Made by a program: the position numbers and the translations under genes
Origin: Apostichopus japonicus
Lineage: Eukaryota
Direction of reading: 5' to 3'
Assembly: GCF_037975245.1 (NCBI RefSeq)
Contig: NC_092575.1
Span: 8,141,331 to 8,205,330, forward strand
Length of the DNA: 64,000 nt
Notes under the pieces: model-generated
What the model saw: the letters and a program-made list of their open reading frames with translations, nothing else
The model's database searches: none
Told to the model about the DNA's origin: nothing
Shown here: positions 26,695 to 40,862 of the stretch, piece by piece
Position numbering within the stretch: the first letter of the stretch is position 1
Layout of the letters: every line of letters begins with the position of its first letter

Positions 26695-26810
26695 TAGCAT
26701 ATCAAAGTGGCGATCACATTTTCATTCTGGGCGACCAGAATTTGGGAAAAATAAAGATCTAGTCGCCACAGGATTTTCCTCCTGGCGACCTCATTCACTG
26801 GGGAATGAAA
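26695..26810 (+). repeat. Copy B of the ~100-bp direct repeat containing TGGCGA/TCGCCA motifs
   Basis: See copy A at 25541-25650. The two copies flank the 129-bp tandem array and about 1.1 kb of sequence. Confidence 0.55.
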
Positions 26811-29800
26811 ATGGGTTGGAGAGAACTCTAGAGTATTATTTTTCTTCAAATCATTCTCACCATTAGACATAATACAATATTTGCATAATGTATTGGATGA
26901 CACTCAAATCTTCACATTTCCCAAATCGTCAATAGTTAGAAATATAAAGAAGTTAGAAAGTTACGTAAGCTTGTACAGGTGCATGTTGCTTTGAATCTGT
27001 CAGACAACCTGGTGATAGCAAAACTTGATCTTTAAATGAAAGACTACTGTAGGTACTTGAAAACTTTTATTGCCTGTAAAAATTACAACATAATTGATAG
27101 ACTTTGGCAGAAAGTTCAAATGTTTACAACCCAAGATATAAGGCATTACATTTTTCATAGGGCAAAGTTTTGCTTACTTGCTTTATGTAGCCAGATGCTC
27201 AGTGTAGCTGAGGCCATATGACATCTGCCTCTTATTCAATTATATAACTTATCATGGCTTGGTAAGAATGGTGCAGTAACAACAAGCCAACACTTAACAC
27301 AGCATACAGGAAAGTTAAATACTGATATCACAATAGTTGTATGTTAGAAGCTAATATCAGAGATGACAGTTGGATGTTTGTGGTGTTAGGCTTGCTCCTA
27401 AGATGAGAGACTTTTTGCATGATCTTAATTAGAGCAGAGAACTTCACGAAATGAGAGTATGAATATTTGATCTCAAATACAGTATGGGGCAAGGAGAGTT
27501 GTGAAAAATGACAGAAAACTGTTTACAGTGACAGGGGCTCATGAACCAATTATTGCAGTCACATTTTCAAAATGTTAGCTACCAATGACCTAGCTTTTGT
27601 AGTTTACAGAAACTTCAAGGTTTTCAGGCTCTGTACAAATATTTGTGAAGTTTTTTTATTATTTCCAAAAGTAACATTCTTGACACCTAAAGCATCATAC
27701 ATGTTTCCGATGTTTGAAAATCCTTTGTCTGATTTATTTTAAGATCTGCTATATGATGTGGTTTAGTGCAGGGAACCATATTTGTGCAGTTTTGAAAATA
27801 TATCACAATTCCCCAGACTACAAATCAAACTTTCGTTCAGTATCAACTTAAGTATCATCTGAAAGTTACTTTAAATGTTTAAACATATGTAAATTTCTCC
27901 AACTATTATTAAAGTGGTTTGCCAAAAATCTGAGATATCACAAAACTGGCAAAAAAAGATTGTAATAAAATTAGCAACCTTCACTAAAAGAGATTTACTC
28001 CTCTCTAGATGAGGCAATCTCAGTAGAAGTCTGTTTTCTCGACCATGAATAGCTTGGTTAATGGCTAGCTGCTCCATTGACCGACTAGAATAAGCTAATT
28101 AAAGGTCACTTTGTAAAATTAAGGCATCTAAATCCTCCTTTTGAAAGTAACTAAATGGCTTTTAGGGTTGCAGAGACCTTACAAAGACTGGTTATACCTT
28201 TTCACACAGCTGTATTTTACCTTGTATGATGAAAGAGCCATTAGTTCATAGACAAAATTTGGAAATCATGCCAGAGCAAAATAACCTTGCACTTTCCTCA
28301 TCTTTCTTCTCCTCGGGAAGGAAGATGAGAGTCTGTTACAGAACGGCAAATCTAATTTAAAAGAATGCTGGATAGAAACTGCTTCATCTGGCAAACTAAA
28401 GCTGTGCTAAAGAAATCAGAGAGGACTGCTTATTGCAAAAGAATAAACAAATCAGACATTCATTTCTCTGAAACTTGAAGGGAGGGAATACTATGAGAGC
28501 AAATTTCCTTGACGGTGTAACCTTGAGGTAGTGATTGCAATCAAGCATACTGTATGGATGAGAGTGTAATCATCTTAGAAGGCTCTTTATCAATCACCAT
28601 TTCCTGAGAAACATTTCAAAGGAGTAAGTGAGTCAAGAACAAAATCAAGCAGAAATCATTTTAGTTTTCATGTGTAAGAGGATAATGTCTTGGCCCCCAA
28701 TACAATTTTATTTTTATTTCTTGATATGCAGGGTTTTAGAAAGTATCACAGCGGTTGAATGAGTCTGAGTCTGCCCAGTTGTACTACAGTATGACGCTAT
28801 TACTGTGACCATGTCTGGAGATCAACTACATATGCTTATTTCTTCTAGTCTCTTCAAGCTGATCCCAATGCATATATTTCTTTACTTCTGAAAACTACTA
28901 AATTACTTTAATATGCTTTAAAATATGATTTTGGATGGCTTGTAGTATGTATCATCATATTTCATTGGTACAATATTCTATTGTTGTATGCAGATGGTGG
29001 TGGTCCAGTTAGTGCTAGGAACTCTCTGAGGATATGTAAACCCAATCGGGATCTTCATATTTCTACCGAGGGCACTGTTGTTTTGGTCCTAATGCAGATT
29101 CAACGGGCTAGTTGTGAAAAAATGTTTCAAAAAATCTCATCTTCAAAAATCACAAATGAAAATTGCATATACACCACTAATGTTCAACTAGGAATTGCTG
29201 TATATTTCAGAGGCTTCCATACAATGTTTGCTGAACCTAAAAGCTTAAACTCAGTGGACATAATTGAGAATATGTCAAAGAAGCTTTCTGATTGGTTGAT
29301 GATTATACGTGTGTAAAGTTGCCAAACAAACGATTGGCAACATTCATTCCTAAAATGTACTAGTTATGAGTGGTAAAAACCATATATTAGCTTGAATATG
29401 TCACAGGATGTGTGAAGTAGGGAATGTACAGGTTAAGTTTGCCCAGAAGTGTCGATCAGAGATACCTCAAAGGATTACTCAGTGATTGTAACTTGTCAAG
29501 TTTTGAGGAACTAGCTAAGAGCCACATGACAGCGCCCTCTATTGATTTAGGACATGGCTGGAGATCCCCAATAAGAGAGTACTACTTTAAGTGAACATTA
29601 GCAAGTAGACTTAGCCAATTAGACTTCATATTAAGGACAGGAGGAGGAGGTGAAAAGCCATTGAAGGGACAGTGGTGAAAGTGGGGAACCTGCAAGCAAC
29701 CAAGACCACCAAATTCTGAAACAGTAAATAATATATACCCATGACAGGTGAGATTTGTGTCAATTTGAGTAGATTATAGAAAATTGATGCACTTTACAAC

Positions 29801-30479
29801 ATGTCTGTCTCTTAAAAGGTTCCTACTGCATTATAGTTTTGGTGATTGGCAAAATATTAGACGAGGTATATGTCATGCTTTAGATGCACTGACTGACAGT
29901 TCGTAACCTTTTTTTTATTTTTGTTTAGTGGTAATATTTCATGCAGCAGCTATTATGTCTTTTAATTTTCTCTAAGGAATGGTACAACCTTCAAAGCTAC
30001 ATCTCCAGCAATGACACTGGCCAAGCATGAAACATGACAAGCTTGACAGGAAGGGGTGATGAAGGCCATTTCACAGCTGACTGAAGCTATCTATTGGTAA
30101 ATAATCTGGCTATATCATTCTGCTTTCTCTCCCTTAAAGACATCTGATCAACTTTGGGAAAAAGAGAAAAGCAAGGATATAGAAGATTAGCAACTTGCTT
30201 AACTTACTCAAACTGTTGCATGACTTCACATTTAGCTGTAGTAAATGGTCTGTCATCAGCTTAACTTATGGCGCCATAAATCTTTGAACTTGGATCGTCT
30301 TTTTATGTCGGATCATTTGATAGATTACATTCACTGGCACTATCAGTAGGCACTTTACTGACATACTGACTTTGAAGTCAGAATTTGATTAATTCATTAA
30401 TATCATTGGTCACTTGCAGACTAAGGTCACTTTACGGAGACATTGGTATAATAACTCTAATCAATTGATTAAGACTATG

Positions 30480-31700
30480 ACTACTTGTACAATCAGTAGT
30501 CACTTTACTGGGATCTGACCGTATATGACCTTATTGGACCTGATCCAGACCTGATCGCATAAAGAGTACAGTCAGTTAGTCCCTTTACTGTGATCTGACC
30601 TCATATGTCAGAATCTGATCACTTAAAGAGTACAGTCAGTTAGTCCCTTTACTGGGATCTGATCTTACATGTCAGAATCTGATCACATAAAGAGTACAGT
30701 CAGTTAGTCCCTTTACTGGGATCTGATCTTACATGTCAGAATCTGATCAATTAAAGAGTACAGTCAGTTCCTTTACTGGGATCTGACCTCATATGTCAGA
30801 ATCTGATCACTTAAAGAGTACAGTCAGTTAGTCCCTTTACTGGGATCTGATCTTACATGTCAGAATCTGATCAATTAAAGGGTACAGTCAGTTAGTCCCT
30901 TCACTTGGATCTGATCTTACATGTCAGAATCTGATCACTTAAAGAGTACATTCAGTTAGTCCCTTTACTGGGATCTGATCTTACATGTCAGAATCTGATC
31001 ACATAAAGAGTACAGTCAGTTAGTCCCTTTACTGTGATCTGATCTTACATGTCAGAATCTGATCAATTAAAGGGTACAGTCAGTTAGTCCCTTCACTTGG
31101 ATCTGATCTTACATGTCAGAATCTGATCACATAAAGAGTACAGTCAGTTAGTCCCTTTACTGGGATCTGATCTTACATGTCAGAATCTGATCACATAAAG
31201 AGTACAGTCAGTTAGTCCCTTTACTGGGATCTGATCTTACATGTCAGAATCTGATCAATTAAAGGGTACAGTCAGTTAGTCCCTTCACTTGGATCTGATC
31301 TTACATGTCAGAATCTGATCACATAAAGAGTACAGTCAGTTAGTCCCTTTACTGTGATCTGATCTTACATGTCAGAATCTGATCACTTAAAGAGTACAGT
31401 CAGTTAGTCCCTTTACTGTGATCTGATCTTACATGTCAGAATCTGATCAATTAAAGAGTACAGTCAGTTAGTCCCTTTACTGGGATCTGATCTTACATGT
31501 CAGAATCTGATCACTTAAAGAGCACAGTCAGTTAGTCCCTTCACTGGGATCTGATCTTACATGTCAGAATCTGATCACTTAAAGAGTACAGTCAGTTCCT
31601 TTACTGGGATCTGACCTCATATGTCAGAATCTGATCACTTAAAGAGTACAGTAAGTTAGCCCCTTTACAAGGATCTAATCTTATATATCAGTATCTGATC
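30480..31700. repeat. Satellite array, ~64-bp unit (ctgatcacWtaaagagtacagtcagttagtccctttactgggatctgatcttacatgtcagaat), ~19 copies
   Basis: Direct reading gives a period of 64 nt (for example 30607 and 30671). Some units are 60 nt and lack tagt. Confidence 0.95.
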
Positions 31701-31739
31701 ACTGAAAGAGCACAGTCAGTTAGTCTCTTCATGAATTTG

Positions 31740-32400
31740 TGTTTACTCAACCAGATTATCCTTACATTGAGATTACAATCACTTGCAGACTCAGTATTTA
31801 TTGTACCTGGACATTAATCTCTGATCTCAGGGTATGATCACTTGATTAAAATTTAGGTTACTCTCAGACTCAATAGTCACTTATGGATCTGAGAATCACT
31901 CAACTAGAGTTGATCATTTCATTGAGATAACAGTCACTCACAGACTCAATAGTCACTTTATGGATCTGAGAATAGAGTTGATCATTGAGATTACAATCAA
32001 TTGCAGACTCAATAGTGACTTTATGGATCTGAGAATCACTCAACTAGAGTTGATCATTTCATTGAGATAACAGTCACTCACAGACTCAATAGTCACTTTA
32101 TGGATCTGAGAATAGAGTTGATCATTGAGATTACAATCAATTGCAGACTCAATAGTGACTTTATGGATCTGAGAATCATTCAACTAGAGTTGATCATTGA
32201 GATTACAATCAATTGCAGACTCAATAGTGACTTTATGGATCTGAGAATCACTCAACTAGAGTTGATCATTTCATTGAGATAACAGTCACTCACAGACTCA
32301 ATAGTCACTTTATGGATCTGAGAATCACTCAACTAGAGTTGATCATTGAGATTTAAATCAATTGCAGACTCAATATTGACTTCATGTACTGTGATCAATT
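31740..32400. repeat. Satellite array of ~63-77-bp units organised as a ~140-bp higher-order repeat
   Basis: The string cagtcactcacagactcaatagtcacttta recurs at 140-nt spacing (31931 and 32071). It directly abuts the preceding 64-bp array. Confidence 0.9.
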
Positions 32401-33167
32401 AATTTGAGTTGATCATTTCATTGTTACAATATAATATGAATCACATAGAAGCCTAAACACTGATTCATATAGTAAGGCAAATTCTACATTAACTACTTGA
32501 AATGAAAACTTGCTTAAATTGAAACGAACTATGCGATTCAATAACATTGGATAATGGCACGAAACGATCTTCAGGCTGAATTAAAAATGCTACTTTAACA
32601 TATTGATTTTTGCTCATTTATATTACCATACAAATGATACAATGTACATGTATGTGTAGTGGTCAAATTGAGGAAATCTTTTAACCATTAAGACTACTGA
32701 GCATACTGTAGTTTATGTTCATGTTATTCTTGGAAATGAATGTAATAATTCATTATTAATGAATGAAATAATGAATGTAATAATATGTAATTATTAGTAC
32801 ATAGAACAATTCTTTAAGAAACAGACTGGCATCAAAGTATGTATTTGTAACACAGTTTCTCTTTAACCAAAGTGAACATAATGTGCAGATTAAGGTAAAA
32901 TGGGATAAAATAGTTTTATTATTTACCAGCTCAACCAATCATGGATGACTAACATCAAATTAAGTAGTTCTATTGTATGTGATCTATATACTTTGTCCAA
33001 TCTTTTGAGTATGTGTGGCCTGCAGTGTTGTTCCAGTTGGACAATTAAGAGAAATTTCATGTCTGTTTCCACAAATACATTTCATCAATATCCTTAAATG
33101 GTCCATTGAAGAAACAATTACACGCTCCAATGAGCATGTCCAAGACTACTATACCATGACTGAGCCA

Positions 33168-33200
33168 TCATTATCATTATCATCATCATCATCCCTCCAG
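33168..33200. repeat. Microsatellite (ATC/ATCATT)n
   Basis: The run catcattatcattatcatcatcatcatcc is read directly. Confidence 0.8.
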
Positions 33201-34914
33201 GCAGATACGGCTAGTACCAGGTTCAATGACTTCTAAACAGAAGAGTTGTTTTGCTACAATGAAAGGCTACTCTCATGGAAGTCTTTGACAGTAACCTAAC
33301 TTTTAAACTTCATAAAAAAAAAACTTGGACAAAGAATTTACCTTCAATAAAACAAATAACAAGTTGAGAAGACATTCATCAATGCTACTAGAGCTTAACC
33401 ATATCACATTTCTATTACCTTCAGTGACTACTGTACCTTAAGAGAAGTAATCAACAAAATCTCTCTTAATCTTTACAAATGTGTTAAAACACTTTGGTCG
33501 TGCATTTTTGCAAAATTGCATGAGGAGAATAAGAAATTAAATGAGATTTATTTAGTCAATATACAGTACTAGCAGATCAATCAATGGAGGATGATTAGAA
33601 ACTGAGCATAATGTGAATAAAAGAAATTAATAAATTCAACATTATTTTCTTCAGTTTATGTTGAATTTATGACTATAAGTCAAAGATATATTCAAGGCCA
33701 GTTTCTGATCTTAATCCATGAATTTATAACAAATAACTTCAAAATCTTTGTCGAAGTAGAAAGTAGTTACCCCTATAACTGTAACATTTTTCTTTTGTCA
33801 TTTATCTCACTTTTATTTATGAAAAATAGACAGCTCTGTCAACAATTATGCCAAGGTATTCTTGTGAAGGTAAATCTCTATATCAAATATTCATACAGAT
33901 CGGATGAAGAAACGACAATATTAAAATCATGTCTGCACATTAATAACAAATCCTTTTAAAGTAGCTGTAAGCAGCATCTCTTTTCTGTATCTTTTCAGTA
34001 TTTTTTTTGTCTTGATGTCAGAAACAAGCCAAAGCAAAAACATAAATCATTCTGATTTAAGATGCAGGCAAATTAACTCTATGAAAAAGTAATAAGCTTT
34101 CTTGAAATCAGTGTTACATTTGTCATCAGCTTTGCATTTGTAATTAACAAAATAATTCAAAAGAAGCCATTAGTATGAAAGAGGAGCTTCTGTATGTGCC
34201 CATGAACCAAAACCTTAAATCATTCTGTCAGAGCCTTAACTAATTTTGCTCTTAATTATATGATTCATATCGCATAATGTAAATATTGATAATTATGCCA
34301 CGAATGTGATGTGGGTACTCTTTGAACAAACTGTAATGGAAGATGACTTTCAAACTCTCTCAGATGGTCAAACTTGTAGATATTTTACCTCTTTGATTTT
34401 TCTTGAAGGTAGGAGTGCAAAGGGAAGGTGAGAGGACTTAAATAAACCATAATAAACCAGATGCTTCTAAGTTGCAATTTTAAATAAAAGCTTAAATGTT
34501 ATTATTTCTATGTAAAAAAACACTTTAATGACATGTTTTCTTCAATTATCAGAATTGGTTAAGGTCCTCCTTCAAGTGTTAGAATCTTTCTTTGCTGTCA
34601 ATCAGTATGCTAATGTTGTTTGCTAGAGTCTGACAGTTAGATGTAAAGCTAGCTAAGAGCATAATTTGACAACATTGGGAACCTTGGATGCAAATGTAAT
34701 GAGCAATTGTTGCATCTTATTATGTGGACCAATCCTGGGATAATTCCCATTGACATCAAATGGTTTAGATCCTTCAAGGTAAGTTATCTTCATTTCCTTG
34801 AACAAAACGGTAAGCTGCCAAACAAAGGTAGTCCATGAAGACTGAACCTGAAACAATGACATTAGGCATCAAGTTTGCCACAACAACAAAAAAACAATTG
34901 TAACAAGTTACTCA

Positions 34915-35125
34915 GTTACTCTGCAAGAATAGCCAAATGAAACAATTTGAAACAATAACTTGTAAGAGTAGCCAAATAAAACAGAAAGCACATGAAATAA
35001 CTCACTGTATTTTGTAAGAGTAGCCAAATGAAACAGTATTGTAATAACTTCCTTTGTAAGATTAGCAAAATATAACAAAACATGTAATAACTTACTTTGT
35101 TGGAATAGCAAAATGGCTGCAAGCA
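34915..35125. repeat. Tandem repeat, ~45-bp unit (tgtaagagtagccaaatgaaacag...ataact), ~4-5 copies
   Basis: Read directly from the sequence. Confidence 0.8.
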
Positions 35126-37950
35126 CATGGATCCTGCAGGTACATAGCCTGAAGGGTACCCAGTCATGTCTATGGCTTAGAATATTATTATCATAGTTAC
35201 AACAGAATGTAGAAGACATCAATTCATGCACTATAACTCATGAACTCATGAATGATAACTTAACATGGAACTTCACTTGGTGTAACTTAAATTTAAAATG
35301 GATGATAGCAGTATGATCCAAATTACACAACATTATATAATGAACAACAAATCTTTATTGCTTCCCTTCATATTTGTACATAATGGGGAATTATGTCAGG
35401 AAGCTGATCTTTTCTATTCTTGAAGTAACTTCAAGTAAGTCAAATGTAACTTCATGACCAAGTTCAAAGCATCTATTTCAATAATCATGAAAGATTAAAT
35501 TTTCATATTCATTAAAAGGATTATTGCACAGAATGATATATAAATTCTTGGAATTGAAATTTGTCCACAATTCATGGTGTACATGAGCATGTTGTTTCTG
35601 GCCACATTTTAATTTTGTGATTAAGATTATTATTATTCAGACTGCTGATATCATCCATCCTCAACTGTGCAAAATAAAATTGGTTCCAATTGTCTTAATG
35701 TTTTATTCAGAGTTATAGGTTATGGTCCAACAATGACTGGATATGCAAACAAACAGATTTAGTAAGTCTGTAATGGTTGTAGCCACATAATGCTCCCATT
35801 AGGATTGAGGAGTATCAAAATACTGTATGTTTAAGTCATTACCTGGTTTATTATGACTGATACAAAACTCCACTCCAATCCAAATGTAGCTGCTAGCTCA
35901 GTCTAAAATAACCTTCAAGAATAATTACTTTTAAAAATTCTTTTTAAAAAAAACACAAACAGTACTGTTTATTACATATTAAAGGTTACTCATAAAAGAC
36001 TTAAACTGCTAGGCAATTTAGCTGTTTTTTGCTAACTCTAGATCTTCAAATTATTAGGAAGCATATGTTTAATAGCTGAAGATATTTGTATAATATCACA
36101 TATTATTCAAAGAACCTTAAAAATTATTGCTTGAAAATTGGACTTTATTATATTTGTGGCATTTTTCTTCTGCCTCTGTCCTTCATTTCATGGCTGGCAA
36201 GTAATTATGGAAGCTTTCACTACCCATTTCCAGTGTAAATGCAATAAAGTATCAAATTAACAATGCTGACTTTAATATTTTTAGGTAGATTATGTCTGTG
36301 GAGTTCTTAATATAATTGAGTTTAACAATGATAAATTATAGGTAACATGAATAATTAATATTTGAATACAATTAGTCGCATTAGTATCAAAATATCCTTT
36401 TGTGATTATTAAACTTTTGAAGATAGCCCTCCATCCATATTTTGCATCATTAACATCCAGGAAATCAAGCAACTTGTCGAAAGTGTGACAAGAAATCTGG
36501 TTACTTTTTCAGTGTTTTCTCCTCATGTTATTCACCTGCAGATGGGATCTCTCTCTAAATTTTACAATAGTGTGAATTCATAATGCATATTGATCAATTT
36601 TGATGGAATTAAGAAGAAACAAGTCAAGTGTTGACAAGGAAGACTGCAAAGCCCAGTTTGAGAATTTCTTGTTATTTTACACAACACTTGAAGACATTTC
36701 TCATTGTGGATAAGCCTATCTAACAAATTGAAGTGACATTGGACAATCCCTGATGAGTCCCTAGAGCATTAATCTATGGTGATTTGGCGCTCCTATTGAT
36801 ACCTACAATGGTTTATTTATCTGAAAGACACTTCTTATAACCATCTCATGATATATCTTCCGGCAAAGCAGATTAAGACCTGAGTAGGACATTACATTAT
36901 CAGAACCCTTATCAACACAAAATATATCACAAACAGAAGAGAAATACCATCAAGGCACCTTCAACATATAATACACAATGAACTTCTTGTATGGTTTGAT
37001 GTATGTGTCAGGTTCTAAACACATGAACAACTCAAAGCCTTGCAACTCTGAAAAGCTAGAAACTAAACATTCATTAGAGAAACAGCTGGAATTTTGATAA
37101 ATAATGAACCCTCCACAAGAGGGAATTAGAGGCAAATGCTTAAAAGTGACTCATATTGCTCTGTTCATTATCATAACCAATTATTGGAGTTGAGAATGAT
37201 ACTAACATGGCACTTTCACATTCCACTACACAAATAACCTTTTTGTTTTGACCCATGTAATTGATCTGTTAACACATGACTCAATGTCACACCTTTGAAC
37301 ACTGAGAAATTGAGTGCATAAAATGCACAGACCTACAACTAAGAGATCTCTCTACAGAAGAAACTTCACAAAAGTCTCGTAAATACAAAATTTAATCAAA
37401 GAACAGAAAGAAAAAAAAACAATCTGGGTACATAGGGACTTTCTATTGCAAATCAATTTTTGGTGTAGTCTTCTTCATCTGGAAACAAGTGACCCTAAAA
37501 ACAGTAGATTAATCAAACAAAAATGAACTGGCAGGGAGAACTGATAATAGAGGGGGCTATAACAGAATTCCTATTGTTCTACCAAAACGATCCAATTAAG
37601 AAGTTTGCTGTATTAGAGAACAGTTTGTCATTCACAAATTTACATCCGATACATCCAAGCTTAATGCTTCCGAAATTTAACGATAGGGAAATATGTGAAA
37701 ACAAACTGGAAATAAAAGTGTGACTGATTGTAGTAGACCTTGATTGATAAGGATTATCAACACATTGGTACACAGGAAACAGAATGTACACATGACAAAA
37801 TGTTTATGCTCACAAATGATATTATCAAGGACAGAAGCTTCATCATGGTTAACCAGCACAACGAATCACTACATATGGCCCAGCATTTCTGTACCAAAAG
37901 GTACAGAAATAGGTGAAATTGAAATGTTATGGTATCAACCATAAGAGACA

Positions 37951-37992
37951 CATAGTGTCACACACACACGCGCGCACGCACACACATACAAT
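37951..37992. repeat. Alternating purine-pyrimidine microsatellite (CA)n/(CG)n
   Basis: The run cacacacacacgcgcgcacgcacacacataca is read directly. Confidence 0.85.
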
Positions 37993-40623
37993 CAACCTCA
38001 ATATAAACAAACAGCTGTAGATGTTTACCTTTATAGGGATGCATTCAATGGCAGCATTGTATGGAATGACATTAACATTAAATAATCATAGATAATTCAT
38101 CGTTTGGCAGTAAAAGATTACCATTCCACCCTATTCCCTTAAACAAGTTAGACTAACTGGTACACACTAAGGAGATGATTGAAACATATCTATACTTCAA
38201 TGCACTAAATGTGACAAATAGGCTATTTGTGTCTCTATAATCAAATGTTACTAAGCACGTAATGTTGATGTTTATTAAACTTGTTATTCTTAAAAGACTT
38301 GTCTGGCAGCCCTTAGAAGTTACCTTAAAAAACGATAAATAATTTTCCAAACATGTTTACAAAATATGAGAACGCGAATGTTGCGTTTGACAGAGAAACA
38401 ATTTTTTAATCATTTAGGATGGATATTTCAAATATACTTTGAACAGTAGAGAACGTGACATAATCTTCACGATTGCAGATTGCGACATAACCCACGCTCC
38501 ATACAGTTCCTACAGTAATCACAACAAAAACCGTGTTTGAATACAGATTAATTTCTTCCTTAATTTTCGGTAAAGTTTCTTATAAATTATATATTTTTTT
38601 CAAAAATTGTTAACCCGTCATATATGTAGTGCGTCAGCGATTTTGTGATTTTTGTGTAACACAGGATAAGTTGAACAGCAGACTCTTCGTTGTTTATACA
38701 TCGCGCTGTCCATTTCAAAGAATGTTCGCATGTAGGCTACTCTAACGTTTACAATTGGACAGTTCTGCAAAGCCTAAGCTTCTCGATACTACATTCTGCT
38801 CTGACAACGATTCCGCCATTTTTCATCTTTCGAGGTTCCAAATACTTTTCCTTTTACTGTAAAGTTGAGCCGTGAATTTTTTTTCAGCAATTTCGAAGAA
38901 CGGTTTATGAAATGTGGTTTGAGTGTGTATTATGTGCAAAGCTATGTACGTACTAAATGGGTATGTAGGCTATATATGTACATTCCCGAAGTGTACGTAA
39001 TATATGATAAGCAATCACCTGTGCGTGTACACTCAAGAGTGTATTTGCTGCGGAAACGGAAGTGCTAACTTCAAGTCGCTCGTTTTGCCTATTTGCCTGC
39101 ACTACATAATTCACCAAATTGATGCGTTCGAACAAATGGTGCTTTTGGTTAGAAACTGGTGAATTTGAAAACCAGATTTATGCAAGAAGAAAACGTTGAA
39201 TGGGGAGGATTTTCACATGGCTAGAAAGAGAAAAATAAGAACTATGAGGACAATGTATCAAAATCTTCCACCAGACAATTTCTTTAACAGATTTTGCATT
39301 TGTGATTCACATGTAACAATCATAACCCAAGTCACAGAATTTAGACAGAATTAAAGCACTGATTTGTCACATTCCAACTAAAAGATTGGAAGCCTTAATT
39401 AATCATTCTACAGCTCTTCCTGCATTTTAGATATTCATCTTTGTAATATTCTAAAAACTGGGTGCTCTTTCAAGGCTAAACTATGCATGATAATTTCAAA
39501 TCCACATTCCAAGACAATCTGTTGATCCATTCTTTTATAAATTGTAATATGTGAAAAAAAATATATCCTTTAATTGCTTATAAAACCAACAGTCCATTGA
39601 TGAATGACACCCTTAAACATTGTTAACACAAGCTGCTCAGGTAATGATCTGTGTGCTAGACTTGACGTTTCAGTCACTTTTATTGGTAAGCTTCTGGTAT
39701 TCAAAGGACCATTTCTCTAAGCCAAACTGCTATAGAAATACAATCTGGATTGAACAGTGTGGTAATGAATTAATTCTACTTTAACTTTAAGTTTACATGA
39801 GACTATTTTTCTCAATATATCAACCTAAGTCAAGAAAGAGCTAGTCTACCAGACCTAATTCAAAACTGGAATTGTCTTACAAATGAACATTTATTCATAC
39901 TCGTTTTCTGATACATCATTTCGTAACAGTTTAATCCAAATAAAAAGTGAACCAAATGCAATGTAGGTCACAACATAGCCTTGCATATTGCTCAAGAAAA
40001 TTCAGAATTGTATATCCAAAGTGTTAAGTGTCATCCACTGAACACTATTAGCATGTCCACAGTACTGTATGCTGTGTTACTCAAGTGAATAGGAACTATG
40101 ACATAGTTATAAACACAATCAATGAACTATACTGATAATGTATTCCCCATAAAAACTGAATAGTTTCCTGTACTCTGCATTTGCTACCTAATAACTTCAA
40201 TCATTTCTTCAAAGAAAATAAAGCTGGGCAAATTTTGCACCTCCAACCACCAGGTCTCAATTTTGGTTCTCTAAAACAAATGCAGCCAAATAACAAATTA
40301 AAGCCAATACATACACTGTATGGTAGGAGAGATGTGTAGGATCTGTGAAGAGAATGCTAGCTTATTTCCATTCTTACTATTTTCCAAAAGCTAACAATTA
40401 GCTGAGATAGGGTACATGTCTTTTATGTTACTTCTTTCAATTATAAGGTCCCCGGTTCAAATCACTCCAAGATTAATGTATGTCGTCCAGTTACAGAGTT
40501 GTTGACAATTGACAATTCATAATCATGGACATTAAATATGAATCTAAGAGACTGACTTCGATCAGCTTGCGGCTTTGATAAGCCAATGATGGCTTCTTCA
40601 CAAGTTCCTGCTTGCAGGAGGAT

Positions 40624-40706
40624 CTAAAATACATACATACATACATACATACATACATACATACATACATACATACATACATACATACATACATACATAC
40701 ATACAT

Positions 40707-40741
<35 letters not shown>

Positions 40742-40862
40742 TACATACATACATACATACATACATACATACATACATACATACATACATACATACATAC
40801 ATACATACATACATACATACATACATACATACATACATACATACATACATACATACATACAT
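40624..40862. repeat. Microsatellite (ATAC)n, ~60 units, with a central (AC)n block
   Basis: Read directly from the sequence. ORF-track peptides such as YIHT and MYVC repeats in this span are artefacts of the repeat. Confidence 0.95.

Noticed and set aside
30480-32400. Could the regular 64-bp and 140-bp arrays be CRISPR arrays?
   Set aside because: The repeats are contiguous with no unique spacers between them, and the units diverge gradually. The context is eukaryotic, with splice sites, an LTR retrotransposon and satellites. No cas-like ORFs are present.
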